Source: Felis catus
Taxonomy: Eukaryota
Assembly (NCBI RefSeq): GCF_018350175.1
Contig: NC_058369.1
Span: 3,102,001-3,166,000, forward strand
Length of the DNA: 64,000 nt
Direction: 5' to 3'
This document shows, in pieces, positions 1 through 17,350 of this stretch. The stretch's first letter is position 1; every line of letters begins with the position of its first letter. A program made the position numbers and the translations under genes. Under the pieces are notes generated by a model. The model ran no database searches, was not told where the DNA came from, and was given only the letters and a program-made list of their open reading frames with translations.

Positions 1-2568
1 ACACCTCGGCCGGACCGACCGTGTCCCGACGGCTCGGTGGCCAAGGCTGACCGGGGCGGCTGCCGCGGACGGTGCGGCTCTCGACCGAGAACTTCAAAGG
101 GGCCGCAGATGAACGACCGAGCTGCAGAACTAGAACTCTGCGGGCTTCGCAGAAGAGGAAGAGCGGGCAGGAGGGGGCACAACTGGACGGAACCCCGGAT
201 GCCTGGGGTTGGAGCCTTTAACGTGAAGTAAGGCCACAGTAAGTCAAAGGCTTTCGGGAAGGACGCTGCAGAGAGAACGCGGGGGCGAACGAGACTGTAG
301 AGCGACCTTCCAGATCAGTTAGGAGCCAGCATCTCGTCTGGGGAAAAGCTGGAGCGGGGAGCGAGGGGCACGTCTCTGAGCACATGCGTTCACAACTCCC
401 GACATCAACCCGGTGGGAGGAGGGCCGAGGGGCAGGTCTAGGTGCCGCGGGGTTAAATCCTGCTCTCGGCGGCACTCAGCTGGTGGGCGGGCAAGTCCGT
501 GTTGGGGCCAGGCTCCCCGAACACCAACACCACGCGCTTTCCACGCCACTGCCCTGGGGTCACGCAGACGCCAAGGACTAGATAAGGCCGGAGCTCGGCA
601 TTCAAACCCAACACCAAGCCATCTCGGGGTGTAAAGCGATTATCTCCGCCGCACGATGGGGATCCAGGAGGTGCGAGCTAGAGATGGGGGGGGGGGAATA
701 AATTCTGGACGCCACAAGCTGATAGCGCCCATCAAGTCGGGGTTGACTGCAAAGGGCCAGTCTGAGAGGGGCCCACCCCAGCCAATTCACACGCCGCCCC
801 GACCCAGCGTCAGGTTGCCCGTGTGTAAAGTGGGGCTGTTGCTCCTTTTAAACCAGAACATAATGCTGGCTCGGCCGTGGGCCGGGCACTTGAGAGATGG
901 CAGCTGGTCCCACGATGTGGCCTCACAGAGGCCACAAAACCTCCATCGCGGAGGCAAGCGGGCGCCCGGGGGCCGCACAAACACAAGGCCCAAACTCACT
1001 CGTCCGCTACCAGTCCAGGGAGGCACGTACAGAACCAACACGGCTCTTTGCAGACTCTCCTGGCCCGAATGACGCAGGTTTGGTTCCTAGGGCACGAGGG
1101 GTCGGAACGCCGTGCTTCGGCCAAGAAAACACAATCAAGTGTGACTATAAAAGTCCAGACCAGTTCACTCGGGGCTTATGTAACCGGCCTCCACGTCCCC
1201 CCCACCTCCGTCGATCAAAGGGACCGGAGCCACGCGGGTGACAAAGGATGCTGGCCCACGGAGAAGCCCACCCTGGCCCTCGAACTCCACCCGGCTGGCA
1301 GGGCTGCATTTGCAGATCTGAGAAGCTCTGTACTCAGAAAGCATGGCGTTCAGACCCAGCACGCGGGGACTCGGGATCCACCCAGGGTAATGGCGGGGAA
1401 CGACCGAGGCCGGCCTCCCAAAAACTGCTTTGCGTGTCAATTTCCCACCTACGCCCCCAGCTGAATAAAAACAAACCAGCCTCTTGTGTGAAATGGGCTT
1501 CCGGATGGGATTCAAAAGAGCCTACGACCTCCGCTGACTGGCTAAGAGAGAGCTCCTGGGCCCGTGGAGTCGCAGCCCCGAACTGCGCCGGCTGCGAGGA
1601 CGGCCTTCTCGTTCCAAGCGTCCAATAAGCGCCCGCGGGCACAGCTCCGCTCCGACACGGTGCTGGGCGGGCAGCCACACGGGGCCCACACGACTGAGAG
1701 GCCACAGTCTACGGGGAACAAAACCGGAGGTCTGCTCCCCAATAGGTTAGACCTGTTCTTCTCTTAACTTTTTACTCTGAAGGACTTCTGGAAGCGTGGG
1801 AAGCTGTTAAGACCGGCAGTGCCCGTCTGGACTTCACCCCACTTCCCTCACGGCGACGGCTCACCCGTCACAGGGGAGCACCCATCACAGGGGAGCACCC
1901 CTCGCAAGGGAGCACCGTGGCCGTGCGGCAGAACTCATCTGGGCCCCAGGCTCAAGCTCCCGAATCGTACTCCGAAGGCTTGTCCGCAACGGTGTGGACA
2001 AGCTCCCAGGCTCAGGCTTACGATGAGGCACGTCCCAGGAGACTGCTCAGCTGGCCCGGGAGCACTCTCTGGTGCCTCAACTCTGACCAGCTCTCTGTTC
2101 TCAGTCCCCCCCACCCCCCACCGCCCCCTGAATCTCACATCTGCCTTTTTATCCCCTGTTCTTTGGGTGACGGCAGACCAGAGACTTCTGGGGCTGCTCT
2201 GGTTTTGAAAAGGCTGCCTGCGGGAAGGGGACAGAAATAGGTTTCAGGAGGGAGGGCGGCGCTCTGGGGGCAGGAGAAAGAGCGACGATGTTAAATCCCA
2301 GCGGCAAGGGAGCGCGGCGAATCCAGGGAAGGCAGGACCCGTGCGGACCCACCTGGGCGCGGGGCGTTCGGGGCTCTGAGAACATAGGTGGGAACCACCG
2401 GGGCACGGGCTTCCAGGGAGGGTTGACTTGCTATGCCTGTATGAGCTGAGCGATTTATCACACGGACTGTGTCCCCCGGTTATGCGTGTAGGAGTCACCA
2501 ATCCCCAAACGGTCACATCCTCCTCTTCTCCACCCGTACATCTCTCAGGGAGGGTTCTCGCCCACCTA

Positions 2569-7301
<4,733 letters not shown>

Positions 7302-7654
7302 TTAGGGATGAGAGCGGGCAGGTGGGCCGAGTGAGGCCTTGTTCCTGTGAGCCTCGTGGGTGCTCGACTGGGGCTCCGTGAGCCAGTAAGATCCCCAAAA
7401 GTTGTGGGAGGCCACCCAGGGTCAACTTCGGTCTTTTTGCCACTTACGGACACTTTCACGCCCCCCCCCCCGCCGTGATAGCAATTACCCAATTCTTCCA
7501 TGAAAGGTCATTTCAAAACATTTTTAAAATTTTAAGTTGATTTATTTATGTATTTATTCAGGTAATGTCTGCACCCACCGTGGGGCTTGAACTCACAAAC
7601 CGCCAGATGGAGAGTCACGTGCTCCACTGGCTGAGCCACGTGCCCCTCAAAACA

Positions 7655-8595
7655 GTTTTTAAATTGTGGCGAATATTTGTGACATAAACTTACCACTTAC
7701 CATTCTAAGTGCGCAGCTCAGCCGCGTCAAGCACACTCGCATTGTCGTGCAACCGCCCCCCCTTCTGACTCCAGAACTTTCCAGCTCCCCAGCCTCAGAC
7801 TCTGTCCCCATGAAGCACTGACGCCCCGCCCCCCCAACCCCAACCCCCAACCCCCAACCCCACCCCCAGCTCCCACCTTCTACTCTCTGTCTCTGCGGAC
7901 AGGACTCCTCTAGGGACCTCAAATATTTGGAATCAGACTGTTAAAAAGAAACCAATAGGCCCCAAATAGATTCACTCGTGTTACGCCCCATGTCAGCAAA
8001 CCAAGACTTAATACCTAACCCAGTTACAGTGTTAGGCTCTCCCAAGAATGACCTTTAACGAGCCAATCTGGAATTGCTTGGTCATCACTAGTGAGATAGC
8101 CTGCCTGATAGACAACCCCCCCCCCACGGGCTTCCCCCAAAGGAAGGTGACCCTGCTTGAAACAACCCACTCTTTGCTAGAAACTTCCTTTTTCTGCTGC
8201 TTCTGCCTGTAAAAACCTTTCCTTTTGTACAGCTTTTCAGACTTCCTTTCTGCCTGCTGAGACGGGGATGCTGTGCGCTTCATGAATCATTAAATACAGC
8301 CAATTAGATCTTGCGTTTGCTCAGTTGAATTTTGCTTTTTAATGATGGAGTATTTGTTCTTTTGTGTGTCTGACTGATTTCACCCAGCATAATGTCCCCA
8401 AGCTTCATCCGTGTTCTAGCAGGTGTCAGAATTCTCTTCCTTTTTAAGGCTAAGTAATATTTCGTTGTATGGATAGGACACATTTCGTTCATCCATTCAT
8501 CCATTGTTGGATATTTGTGTGTTTCTATCTTTTGGCTGTTAGGAATAACAGTGCTATGAATACAGTGCAAAAATATCTGTTCAAGTCCCTGCTTT
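7655..8595 (-). mobile_element. Old L1 (L1M/L1MB-like) 3' end, interrupted by a solo LTR
   Basis: Typical L1M 3'UTR phrases (accattctaagtg...cattgtcgtgcaacc; atttcacccagcataatg; atccattcatccattgttggatatttg). Confidence 0.75.
7939..8345 (+). mobile_element. Solo ERV LTR (ERV1, MER34-like by recall)
   Basis: About 400 bp starting TGTT; splits the L1 between ggaatcagac and agtatttg; TATA-like and polyA-like motifs in its 3' part. Confidence 0.6.
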
Positions 8596-8794
8596 TAATT
8601 CTTTATTTTTGAGAGAGAGAGACAGAGCATGAGCGGGGGAGGGGCAGAGAGAGAGGGAGACACAGAATCCGAAGCAGGCTCCAGGCTCCGAGCTGTCAGC
8701 ACAGAGCCTGACGCGGGGCTCGAACTCACAGACCGCGAGATCATGACCTGAGCTGAAGCTGGAGGCTTATCCAACTGAGCCACCCAGGCGCCCC
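8593..8794 (-). mobile_element. Can-SINE
   Basis: Full-length reverse copy ending ccacccaggcgcccc. Confidence 0.93.
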
Positions 8795-10764
8795 AAAAGA
8801 CAGTCATTTAAATGGGAAAAAAGGTTGACATCATAAAACACTCTCCACATTGCATTTCTTTATGTCACGTCCCTGTGCCCCGGCGTACTTGTCATGGTGG
8901 GTGTGCCTTTGGGGCCCACGTGCAAAGAAACAGAGAGGGAAGGGCTCAGGTGACACCCTCTTCCAGGGTCCCCTGGTCACCCTGGCTCAGTTCTGCCCAC
9001 TTTTTTTCAGCTACCCCTCAATCATATTTTGATAGTTGGTTTGCAGGGCTCTTTACCGGATAGGCACAGAAATACAGTGTTTACAAAATAGATACATGAT
9101 ATATATCCACGTGATTACAAAATGCAACAACCGATCTAAAATGCAATGTAACGTTATAGTCGCCCCTGATTAAAACTGCTCTGTATCTCGGCTCCTTCGC
9201 TACCCCAACCTGAGCCTTCTTACCTTTTCCTCCGGCCGCTCCCACCCAGCCCCCTCCAAGTTGGGGAGAATGCTTATCCGGCTTCAAAAATTTCCACAGC
9301 CTTCCCCAGCTCCGGGCGTTTCTACCTCCCTTGTGTGCCGCAACATGAGCTCGCCATCGTTTTATTTTAGGCTCTATGGGCACAGACAGTCTTGTTTATT
9401 GAGCCCTGACTTTCACATGACAAATGCACAGTTTGCTAACGCTCAAGCCCTCGAGCTTGTACCCTTGCACGTACCCACGTGGGCATGCCCGGAAACCAGG
9501 CGGAGTGAGGGTTTCTGTCCCTCCGGAAAGTTTCCTCGGTGCCCTTTGCGGGCAGTCCGCCTCGCCCCCTACCAGCAGCGGATCGACAGTGGGTTTTTGA
9601 AATGAGAGATAGACAGACAGACGGATAAGATGGAGGGGGCTGATTTGTCATGCGTGGCCTTTGCCCTCCCCTGTGGTGTAGACATTTCCACCGTGGCCAC
9701 TTTTCGGCTACCAGGAAGCTGGAAAGGAAGGTAGCAATCAGCGTGCACGAGACAGGACGAGCTGGCCGCAGCCCACGACTCCCCTACGGACGCCCTCGCT
9801 TCTGGTTTCTATCCCCCTAGATCACTCCTGCGTGTTCTGGAGCTTGGTGGCAAGGGAGCTGAGCCGCCTGCACGCTTCCGTGACCGACTTCCTTCGCGCA
9901 GCACGCTGCGTTCATTCACGCCGCCGCCACGTCTAACGGTAACGGGTTCTCTTGCTTCGCTACAGGATATTTCGGGGGTGTGGATTGGGGGATGGCCCCA
10001 AGAAGAGTTCAAATCCTTTCTCGCGTTGCCCCTTCCCCTCCCGGTCCACACTCGCAGCTTGAATAAAACAAATGGGCGTCTCTGTCCTGGGGGAGACAAG
10101 TTTCCCGCTAATCACGTGGCGGTCACCACTCGATACAGAACGCGAGCCTTTATTGTTGAGATAACACTGCGGATTTCACGCCCTCTGCCCTCCTATCTTT
10201 ATTAACGGGCACGCTTTGCTCTGCAGACTCTCCCACTAACATGTCTCTGGACTTATCACCGGTTCCAATCACACCTTTCGTAAGGCATGTGTTCCCTGGT
10301 CCCAGAAACGTGGGTGTCTCCTCCATCCGTCCCCCGGCCCGGGAAATAGATTTCTAATCGTTTTGGTAGCTCCAACCCAAGGTGACATTTACCCTGTTCA
10401 GGCACGATCTGGTGTCACCATCACACATGTCCGCCCCTGCTATCTCAGAATGCACCCTGAACTTCGTCTGTCTTACCTGTGCGGTGGGTTAGCAAAAACA
10501 GTGCTGACAGGCCCCCTTTGGGTATCTGGAATGCCCAGCAAACCTACTCTCAGGCACCTGGCCTAGGCAACTCTTGCCTCGTATAACTGGGAGACATACA
10601 CACTAATGTTCTCAATGGCAGGAATCTGGAAGGTACACAGATCCAAATCCGGGGACAAATATGTTCTAGAATAGTCCCACAAATAAATGCCAAGCAGCAG
10701 AAAACTCACCAATGACAACGACATCAAAAAAAAAAAAAAAGAAAAAAAAAAGGTCTCAGGAGTA

Positions 10765-12017
10765 GGGGACACCTGGCTGGCTCACTGGGTGGGGCACGTG
10801 ATTCTTGATCTTGGGGTCCTGAATTCGAGCCCCACGTTGAGTGTGGAAATTACTTTTTAAACGTTTTATTTATTTTTGAGACAGAGAGAGACAGAGCATG
10901 AACGGGGGAGGGGCAGAGAGAGAGGGAGACACAGAATCGGAGACAGGCTCCAGGCTCTGAGCCATCAGCCCAGAGCCCGACGCGGGGCTCGAACTCGCGG
11001 ACTGCGAGATCGTGACCTGGCTGAAGTCGGACGCTTAACCGACTGAGCCACCCAGGCGCCCCTGGAGATTACTTTTTAAAAAAGTCTTAGTGGGGCACCT
11101 GGGTGGTGCAGTCGGTTAAGCGCCCGACTTTGGCTCAGGTCATGATCTCACATTTTGTGACTTCCGGCCCCGCGTCGGGGTCTGTGCTGATGGCTCAGAG
11201 CCTGGCGCCTGCTGCGGATTCTGTGTCTCCCTCTCTCTCTGCCTCTTCCCCACCCCCACTCTGTCTCTCTCTCTCTCTCTTTCAAAAATAGATGAACATT
11301 AAAAACAAAAGAACAGGGGCGCCTGGGTGGCGCAGTCGGTTAGGCGTCCGACTTCAGCCAGGTCACGATCTCGCGGTCTGGGAGTTCGAGCCCCGCGTCG
11401 GGCTCTGGGCTGATGGCTCAGAGCCTGGAGCCTGCTTCCGATTCTGTGTCTCCCTCTCTCTCTGCCCCTCCCCTGTTCACGCTCTGTCTCTCTCTGTCCC
11501 AAAAATAAATAAAAACGTGGAAAAAAAATTAAAAAAAAAAAAAAGAACAATTACTTAATGGATACTGGGTTTCCTTTTGGGACGATGACACTGTTTTGAA
11601 ACTGGACAGAGCTGATGGCCGCAAGACATTGTGAATGCATTGAGTGCAACTGAAGTGTTCACTTTGAAACGGTTCATTTTATGTTATGTGGATCTCATCC
11701 CTTCCAACGACACTACATTTTGCCATTGGGTCGGCCTTTTATTTCGTTGTCCTCTATTTCCGTTAATACATCTCTTTGGTGGAAATACTGTGTGATGGTG
11801 AGCTATGTACTGTGTCTCTCTTTTCTTTTCTTTTTTTTTAGTTAAATTTTTTTAAACAGGTATTCAATTTGGAGAGATAGTGTGAGCGGGGGAGGGGCAG
11901 AGAGAGAGGGAGACACAGAATCCGAAGCAGGTTCCAGGCTCTGAGCTGTCAGCACAGAGCCCGGTGTGGGGCTCGAACTCACAGACTACGAGATCGTGAC
12001 CTGAGCTAAAGTCTGAC
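10765..12017. mobile_element. Can-SINE cluster (short + copy 10765-10860; - 10861-11062; + 11092-11310; + 11316-11545; - 11830-12017) with an L1 fragment near 11555-11700
   Basis: SINE consensus motifs; TSD tgga(a/g)attactttttaa at 10844-10860 and 11063-11079. Confidence 0.9.
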
Positions 12018-12649
12018 TTTAAATTAGGACAGCATGTATGCAGTGTAAAATCCACCACTTCCAAGTGCACAGTTCAATGGTTTTTAGTATAAAATTCACT
12101 GTGCTGTGCAGGCATCACCACGATCTAATTCTGGAACATTCCCACCATTCCAGAAAGAAACCCCATCCCCAGCAGCAATCAGTCCCCGTTCCTCACCGCA
12201 ACCCCCGGGCCCCACAAATCTGCTTTCTGTCTTTTGCCACCAACTAGTGACTGTATTAATAATAAAATATCTCCTGAAGGATGAATTCAAAATGGGGTTT
12301 TGATATGCTATCCTTATCACTCTGATCAAAGTCCTAAATTCAAGGTTTCTGGAAACAGCAATGACTTTTTTTTTTTTTTTTTTTTTACAGGGGCAATTAA
12401 AAAAAATCTCAGGACTTGGCAAGATCAGATGGGTGTGTGCAGATTTTCCCCTCAAGGTTGGCATCCTAGACGACCTTCGATTTGTGGAGGCACTTACTGG
12501 TCAGTCTGATTTCTGTGTTTCTTATAAAGCATTTGAAGTACTGTTGGGATCATCTCGCAAACGAGGAATCCCTTCAAGGCTCGAGGTCTTGAAAAACTCC
12601 TATCAACCGCCTGGGCCTCAGTTTCCCCCTTCCTCCCTTGGCAGTAAAG

Positions 12650-12845
12650 CAGGGCTGTGCAAACTTTTTCTGTAAAGGACCCGATAATAAATATTTTCAG
12701 CTACTCAACACTGGCTCATAGCCAGAAAGCAGCCACAGCCCGTATTCAGACAAGTGAGCGTGGCCGCGTGCCAATAAATTGTATTTACGGACACTGAAAT
12801 TTGAATTTCGTATCATTTCTGACGTCAGAAAGTATTATTTTCTTT
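12650..12845 (+). mobile_element. MER58B-like hAT-Charlie DNA transposon fragment
   Basis: cagggctgtgcaaactttttctgtaaagg...ccaataaa...ggacactgaaatttgaatttc. Confidence 0.65.
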
Positions 12846-12887
12846 CTTTTGTGATTCCTTCCTCCCTGTCTCTCTCTCTCTCTCTTT

Positions 12888-12953
12888 CTTCCTTCTTTCC
12901 TTCCTTCCTTCCTTCCTTCCTTCCTTCCTTCCTTCCTTCCTTCCTTCCTTCCT
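12888..12953. repeat. (TTCC)n microsatellite
   Basis: Direct reading. Confidence 0.95.
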
Positions 12954-13967
12954 TAGTAAGCTTCATACAACACAGAGCCCAACACGGGGACTATTGTTTC
13001 TATTTTGTTTTTGTTTATTATTATTATATTTTTTAGAGAGAGAGCGCGTGAGCGAGCAGGGGAGGGGCAGAGGGAGAGGGAGAGAGAGAGAGAGAATATT
13101 AAGCAGGCTCCAAGGTCAGTGCGGAATCGGAGCGGACCCCGGAGGCTTGGGTCCGGCGGGCAGGCTGGTTAATGTGCAGCGAGGGGTTCTGGGAGGAGGG
13201 AAACCCCCAGTGGGCGGCAGGTGTCAGTTCCTGTGGGGCAACCCCCCCCCCCACGGTGGCCGAGCTCCGGCCACCCAGGTGATGTCGTGCAGCGCGGAGT
13301 TAGACCGAGGTGCCACCGCGCCCGAGCCTTCCCTGCCTGGGACCCCAAGCTTCCCGGGGAGCCTGAGCCCGCATAGCATCATCTGTCCTAGTCCGTTACT
13401 GGGACGCAGCAGCCGGCCCTTGCAGATGTCACATGACATGACGCGGACCGAAATACTCTGGGGGCACAAAGCACGGCGTGCGCGCGAGTCCGGATACAAA
13501 GTGTCTGCAGGTGCACGTCGGAAGGGCCTCTGGAAAAAAAGTAACAAGGCCGTTCACGTGTGTTCGCATCCGCAACCCTAGCTGAGGGCGATGTCGTGCA
13601 CGGTGGCAGAGGAGGAGCACGGACCCGGGAGGGGAAAGCGCTGGAGACCTCATCCCGGGGCAGGGGGCAGAATCAGGGCGAGGAAGGGGCCAAAGAACGA
13701 GGACCTCGCACTCCCCCGCGGAGATGCTGGGGAGGAGGCGGGGAAGCACTTGCTTCTAGAATCCACTAGAGGGCGCCCGGGACTGGGAAGCCGACCTCCG
13801 TGTCCCCAGCCTCGGGCCTGGCCCGGTGGGAAGAGAGAGGGGGTCCACCGAGGATGCTGGGCGGCCAGAACAGGAGGGGGGGGGTGTCTGTGTCTTTGAA
13901 CCTGGAGAGCCTTTCCTATGCTTCCAGAGTTGGGCATTTGGAGGACAGGGGCTGACCAATTAGGGCC

Positions 13968-14466
13968 AGAGTCTGCAAACTTGTTTTTCTTCCTTCCTTC
14001 CTTCCTTTCTTTTTCTTTCTTTCAAGTTTGTTTATTTTGAGAGAGAGAGAGAGAGAACGAGTGCGGGAGAGGCAGAGAGAGAGAGAGAATCCCAAGCAGG
14101 TTCCATGCTGTCAGCACAGAGCCCGACGTGGGGCTCGAACTCACGAACCCCCGGAGATCATGACCTGAGCCCAACACCAAGAGTCAGACGCGTAAAGGAC
14201 TGAGCCACCCAGGCGCCCCGGCAAATTTTTTCTTCAAGGGCCACATAGCCGAAAGTTTAACCGCACTTGTCTGTCTGCCAGGGGCTCCGCTGTACCCTTC
14301 CATCTCCCACACTAGGCACACAGCACCTCCCCAGAGGCACGGAGCCCTGTGCCAGTGACGTTGTGGGTTTAGGAGGCTGAAATTTGAATTTCATATCATT
14401 TTCCTGTGACACGAAATAACTTTCTCTGCCATATTTTTTTCAAAAGCATTTAAAAATGCGAAAACC
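13968..14466 (+). mobile_element. MER58B-like element with a nested minus-strand Can-SINE (about 14020-14219)
   Basis: gcaaatttttt...aagggcca...gaaatttgaatttcatatcatt...atttaaaaatgcgaaaacc. Confidence 0.6.
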
Positions 14467-14722
14467 GGGGGCGCCTGGCTGGCTCAGCCCGGAGAACACG
14501 TGACTGCTGGGCTCGCCGCCTTGGGTTCGAGCCTCACGTCGAAAAGCAACAGATGATAGTAACGAATGGCCGGGAAAGAAATACAGAGTGAAAATGTTTC
14601 TTTTTTTATTGGACATCCCATGTATAGCCATTCCAACACCACAGTCCAACAAAGTACAGAGAGTAATGGACGAGTATCTTTCCCTTCCGGTAACGAGTTT
14701 CTTTTAAAGTGAAACATACCTC

Positions 14723-15152
14723 GGGGCGCCTGGGTGGCTAAGCGTCTGACTTCGGCTCAGGTCACGACCTCGCGGTTCATGGGTTCGAGCCCTGCGTCGG
14801 GCTCTGTGCCGACAGCTCGGAGCCTGGACTCTGCTTCCGATTCTGTGTCTCTCTCTCTCTCTCTGCCCTTCCCCTGCTCACGCTCTGTCTCTCCCTGTCT
14901 CTCAAAAATGAGTAAATGTGAAAAAAAAATTTTTTTTAAATTTTTTTTTCAACGTTTATTTATTTTTGGGACAGAGAGAGACAGAGCATGAACGGGTGAG
15001 GGGCAGAGAGAGAGGGAGACACAGAATCGGAAACAGGCTCCAGGCTCCGAGCCATCAGCCCAGAGCCCGACGCGGGGCTCGAACTCACGGACCGTGAGAT
15101 CGTGACCTGGCTGAAGTCGGACGCTTAACCGACTGCGCCACCCAGGCGCCCC
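14723..15152. mobile_element. Tail-to-tail Can-SINE pair (+ 14723-14930; - 14941-15152)
   Basis: Two near full-length copies in opposite orientation. Confidence 0.93.
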
Positions 15153-15829
15153 AAATTTTTTTTTTTTTTAATGAACATGGGTAGCTGAATCTCTGTGTGT
15201 GTTCTAGCCAAATGTATACGGCACAGAGTTCTCCACATTCTCTTCCAAGTACGATACGATGTTTACCAAAGGATAAACAATGAAAATGTGCTAATCCAAA
15301 GTGTCCCACTGTCGGATATCACTACGACTGGCAGCAGTTAGATGAAGAGTTGATAAACCACAGCTTGCTGGCCAACTCCAGCCCAATGTCTATTTTTGCA
15401 GGAGCTAAGGATAGTTTTTTTAACCGGTTGGGGGGGGGAATCAAAAAAAAAAGAAAATAGTATTTCACGACATGTGCAAAGTATCTAGGATTCAAATTTC
15501 GGCGTTACGAATAAAGTTTTATTGGCACACAGCCCTGCCCATTGCTTCACACGCTGACGATGACGCTTTCCGCATCGCAGCCGCAGGCCGAGTGGTCACC
15601 ATCTGGGACACCGGGGTGACAACATTTGCTGTTGGGTGTGAAGAAAGGCCCCACTCACTGAGATTTCTGAAAGGATGGAGTTTGCTTGTGTAAAACTTTT
15701 TTTTTTTAATTTTTAAGTCATCTCCACACCCAGCGCGGGGCTCGAACTCACGAACTCATGAACCTCGAGATCATGCCGACTGAGCCGCCCAGGAGCCCCT
15801 GTCATGTTTCCTTTGAAGATAAATGTATC

Positions 15830-16010
15830 AGGGGCACCTGAGCGGCTCAGTCCGTTAAGTGTCCGACTGTTGGTTTTGGCTCAGGTCACGGTCTCACGCT
15901 TCGTGGGATCGCGCCTTGTGCAGGCTCCACGCGGACGGCCCGGAGTCTGCTTGGGATTCTCGCGCACTCTCTCTCTCTCTCTCTCGAAATAAGTGTATAA
16001 AACTTTCCAA
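15830..16010 (+). mobile_element. Can-SINE (diverged)
   Basis: SINE head, (CT)n and A-rich tail. Confidence 0.85.
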
Positions 16011-17029
16011 AAAATGCATCGAAGGAAAAAGGCTTGGCACACTCTTCAACAGCGTCGCCAACTTTGTTTTTTTCTTCTTCTTCATTAAATTGATTTTAGA
16101 ATGACAATCAGGGACACGATGATGAATCGAGACGAATGTGGGATGCCCCAAAGAGCAGGTGATCGCAGGAATGAATGCAACATAAAGGTAAGTGTTGTTC
16201 AATCCTGCCAAATGTGGGGGTGCGTAGGCTGGGCGACCTTTCCAGTGTTGTCCAACCTGGCGAGCGGCGGCGGGAGGTGTGGGGGACCGGCCTGCTGCTG
16301 GAAGGGAGTTCTGGGCACAAGTTCATAGCGCGTCCCAGTGCAAGAGGCAGGACACGGGACTTTCCGACACCCTTCTCACGCGTGGGTGGGCTTGGCCTCT
16401 AATTGGTGGGCTTCTCCCTGTGCCCGAACTCCTGGGCCCGTCCCTCCAATCCAACGCCAATCCTGATCAGATTCTCCCTGGGATTAAAGATTAACCCCCA
16501 TGTTTGGCCTTTGCAGGAGGCTTATATAACCTTCTAGGTCAATCGTCACACTTTTCCGGATGGGGGTCTCAGAGGGGAGACGCGATGTGGTGTCCCGGCT
16601 AAGCATACTGTGCCGAGCTGGGGGGGCGCTGAGGTCCCAGGGCACGCAGGCCAGAACGCCACCGGGCACGAAAGGGGAGAGTAAGTTAAGGGCTGATGAG
16701 ACCCGAGGCTGGTGTCCCAAGCTGGCCGAGAGCAGCCACACTTATCTTGGGACCCGCGACACGTGCTGGATTGCGGGACTCATTCCGCAGATGCGTCTGG
16801 AGCCACCTCGATGGTGGGGGGCCATCGGTGGCCGACGCAGACAGGGGCCCGTTCCCTGGTGTGAACAGAGGGAATGGACAGGTGATCAGAGCCCCCCCAC
16901 CCCCGCCCCCTGCCAGGTGCTCTGCTAGAGTGACTGGGATGCTCAGCATGGTCCCTGAGGGAGGTGACCCTCGGGCAGAGGCCACCAGGCGTGGGTTTGG
17001 GAACAGCTTTGAGAAGGCCTTGCGGGTTG

Positions 17030-17350
17030 AAGGACGTGCCCTCCCCAACCCCCCCCCCCCCCATTCAAAAGTTGGAACTGTAACCTCCAGGACCTCAGAA
17101 TGTAACTCTTTTTGGAGAGGGGGTCTTTAGCGAGGTGATCAAGTTCAGGTCATGAGGGCGGGGCCCTGAGCCATGCGACTGGGTGTCTTTTACACAGAGA
17201 CACAGGGAGAAGGCGGGGTCTACACCGTGAGGGGAGGCCTCGGAAGAAGCCAGCCCCGCCCACACCTTGATCTGGGATTTGCAGCCTCCAGGGCGGGGAG
17301 ACACTAAATTCTGCCCTTAGGCGCCCTGTCTACGGGACCTCCTGCGGCAG
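17030..17350 (+). mobile_element. MLT1-type (ERVL-MaLR) solo LTR
   Basis: acctcagaatgtaac...ttggagagggggtcttt...cacaccttgatctgggatttgcagcctcca. Confidence 0.7.

Noticed and set aside
12361..12675. 104-aa ORF after a poly-T/CAG acceptor-like site (possible exon or pseudogene)
   Set aside because: No recognisable protein similarity, no clear donor, and it runs into a MER58-like element
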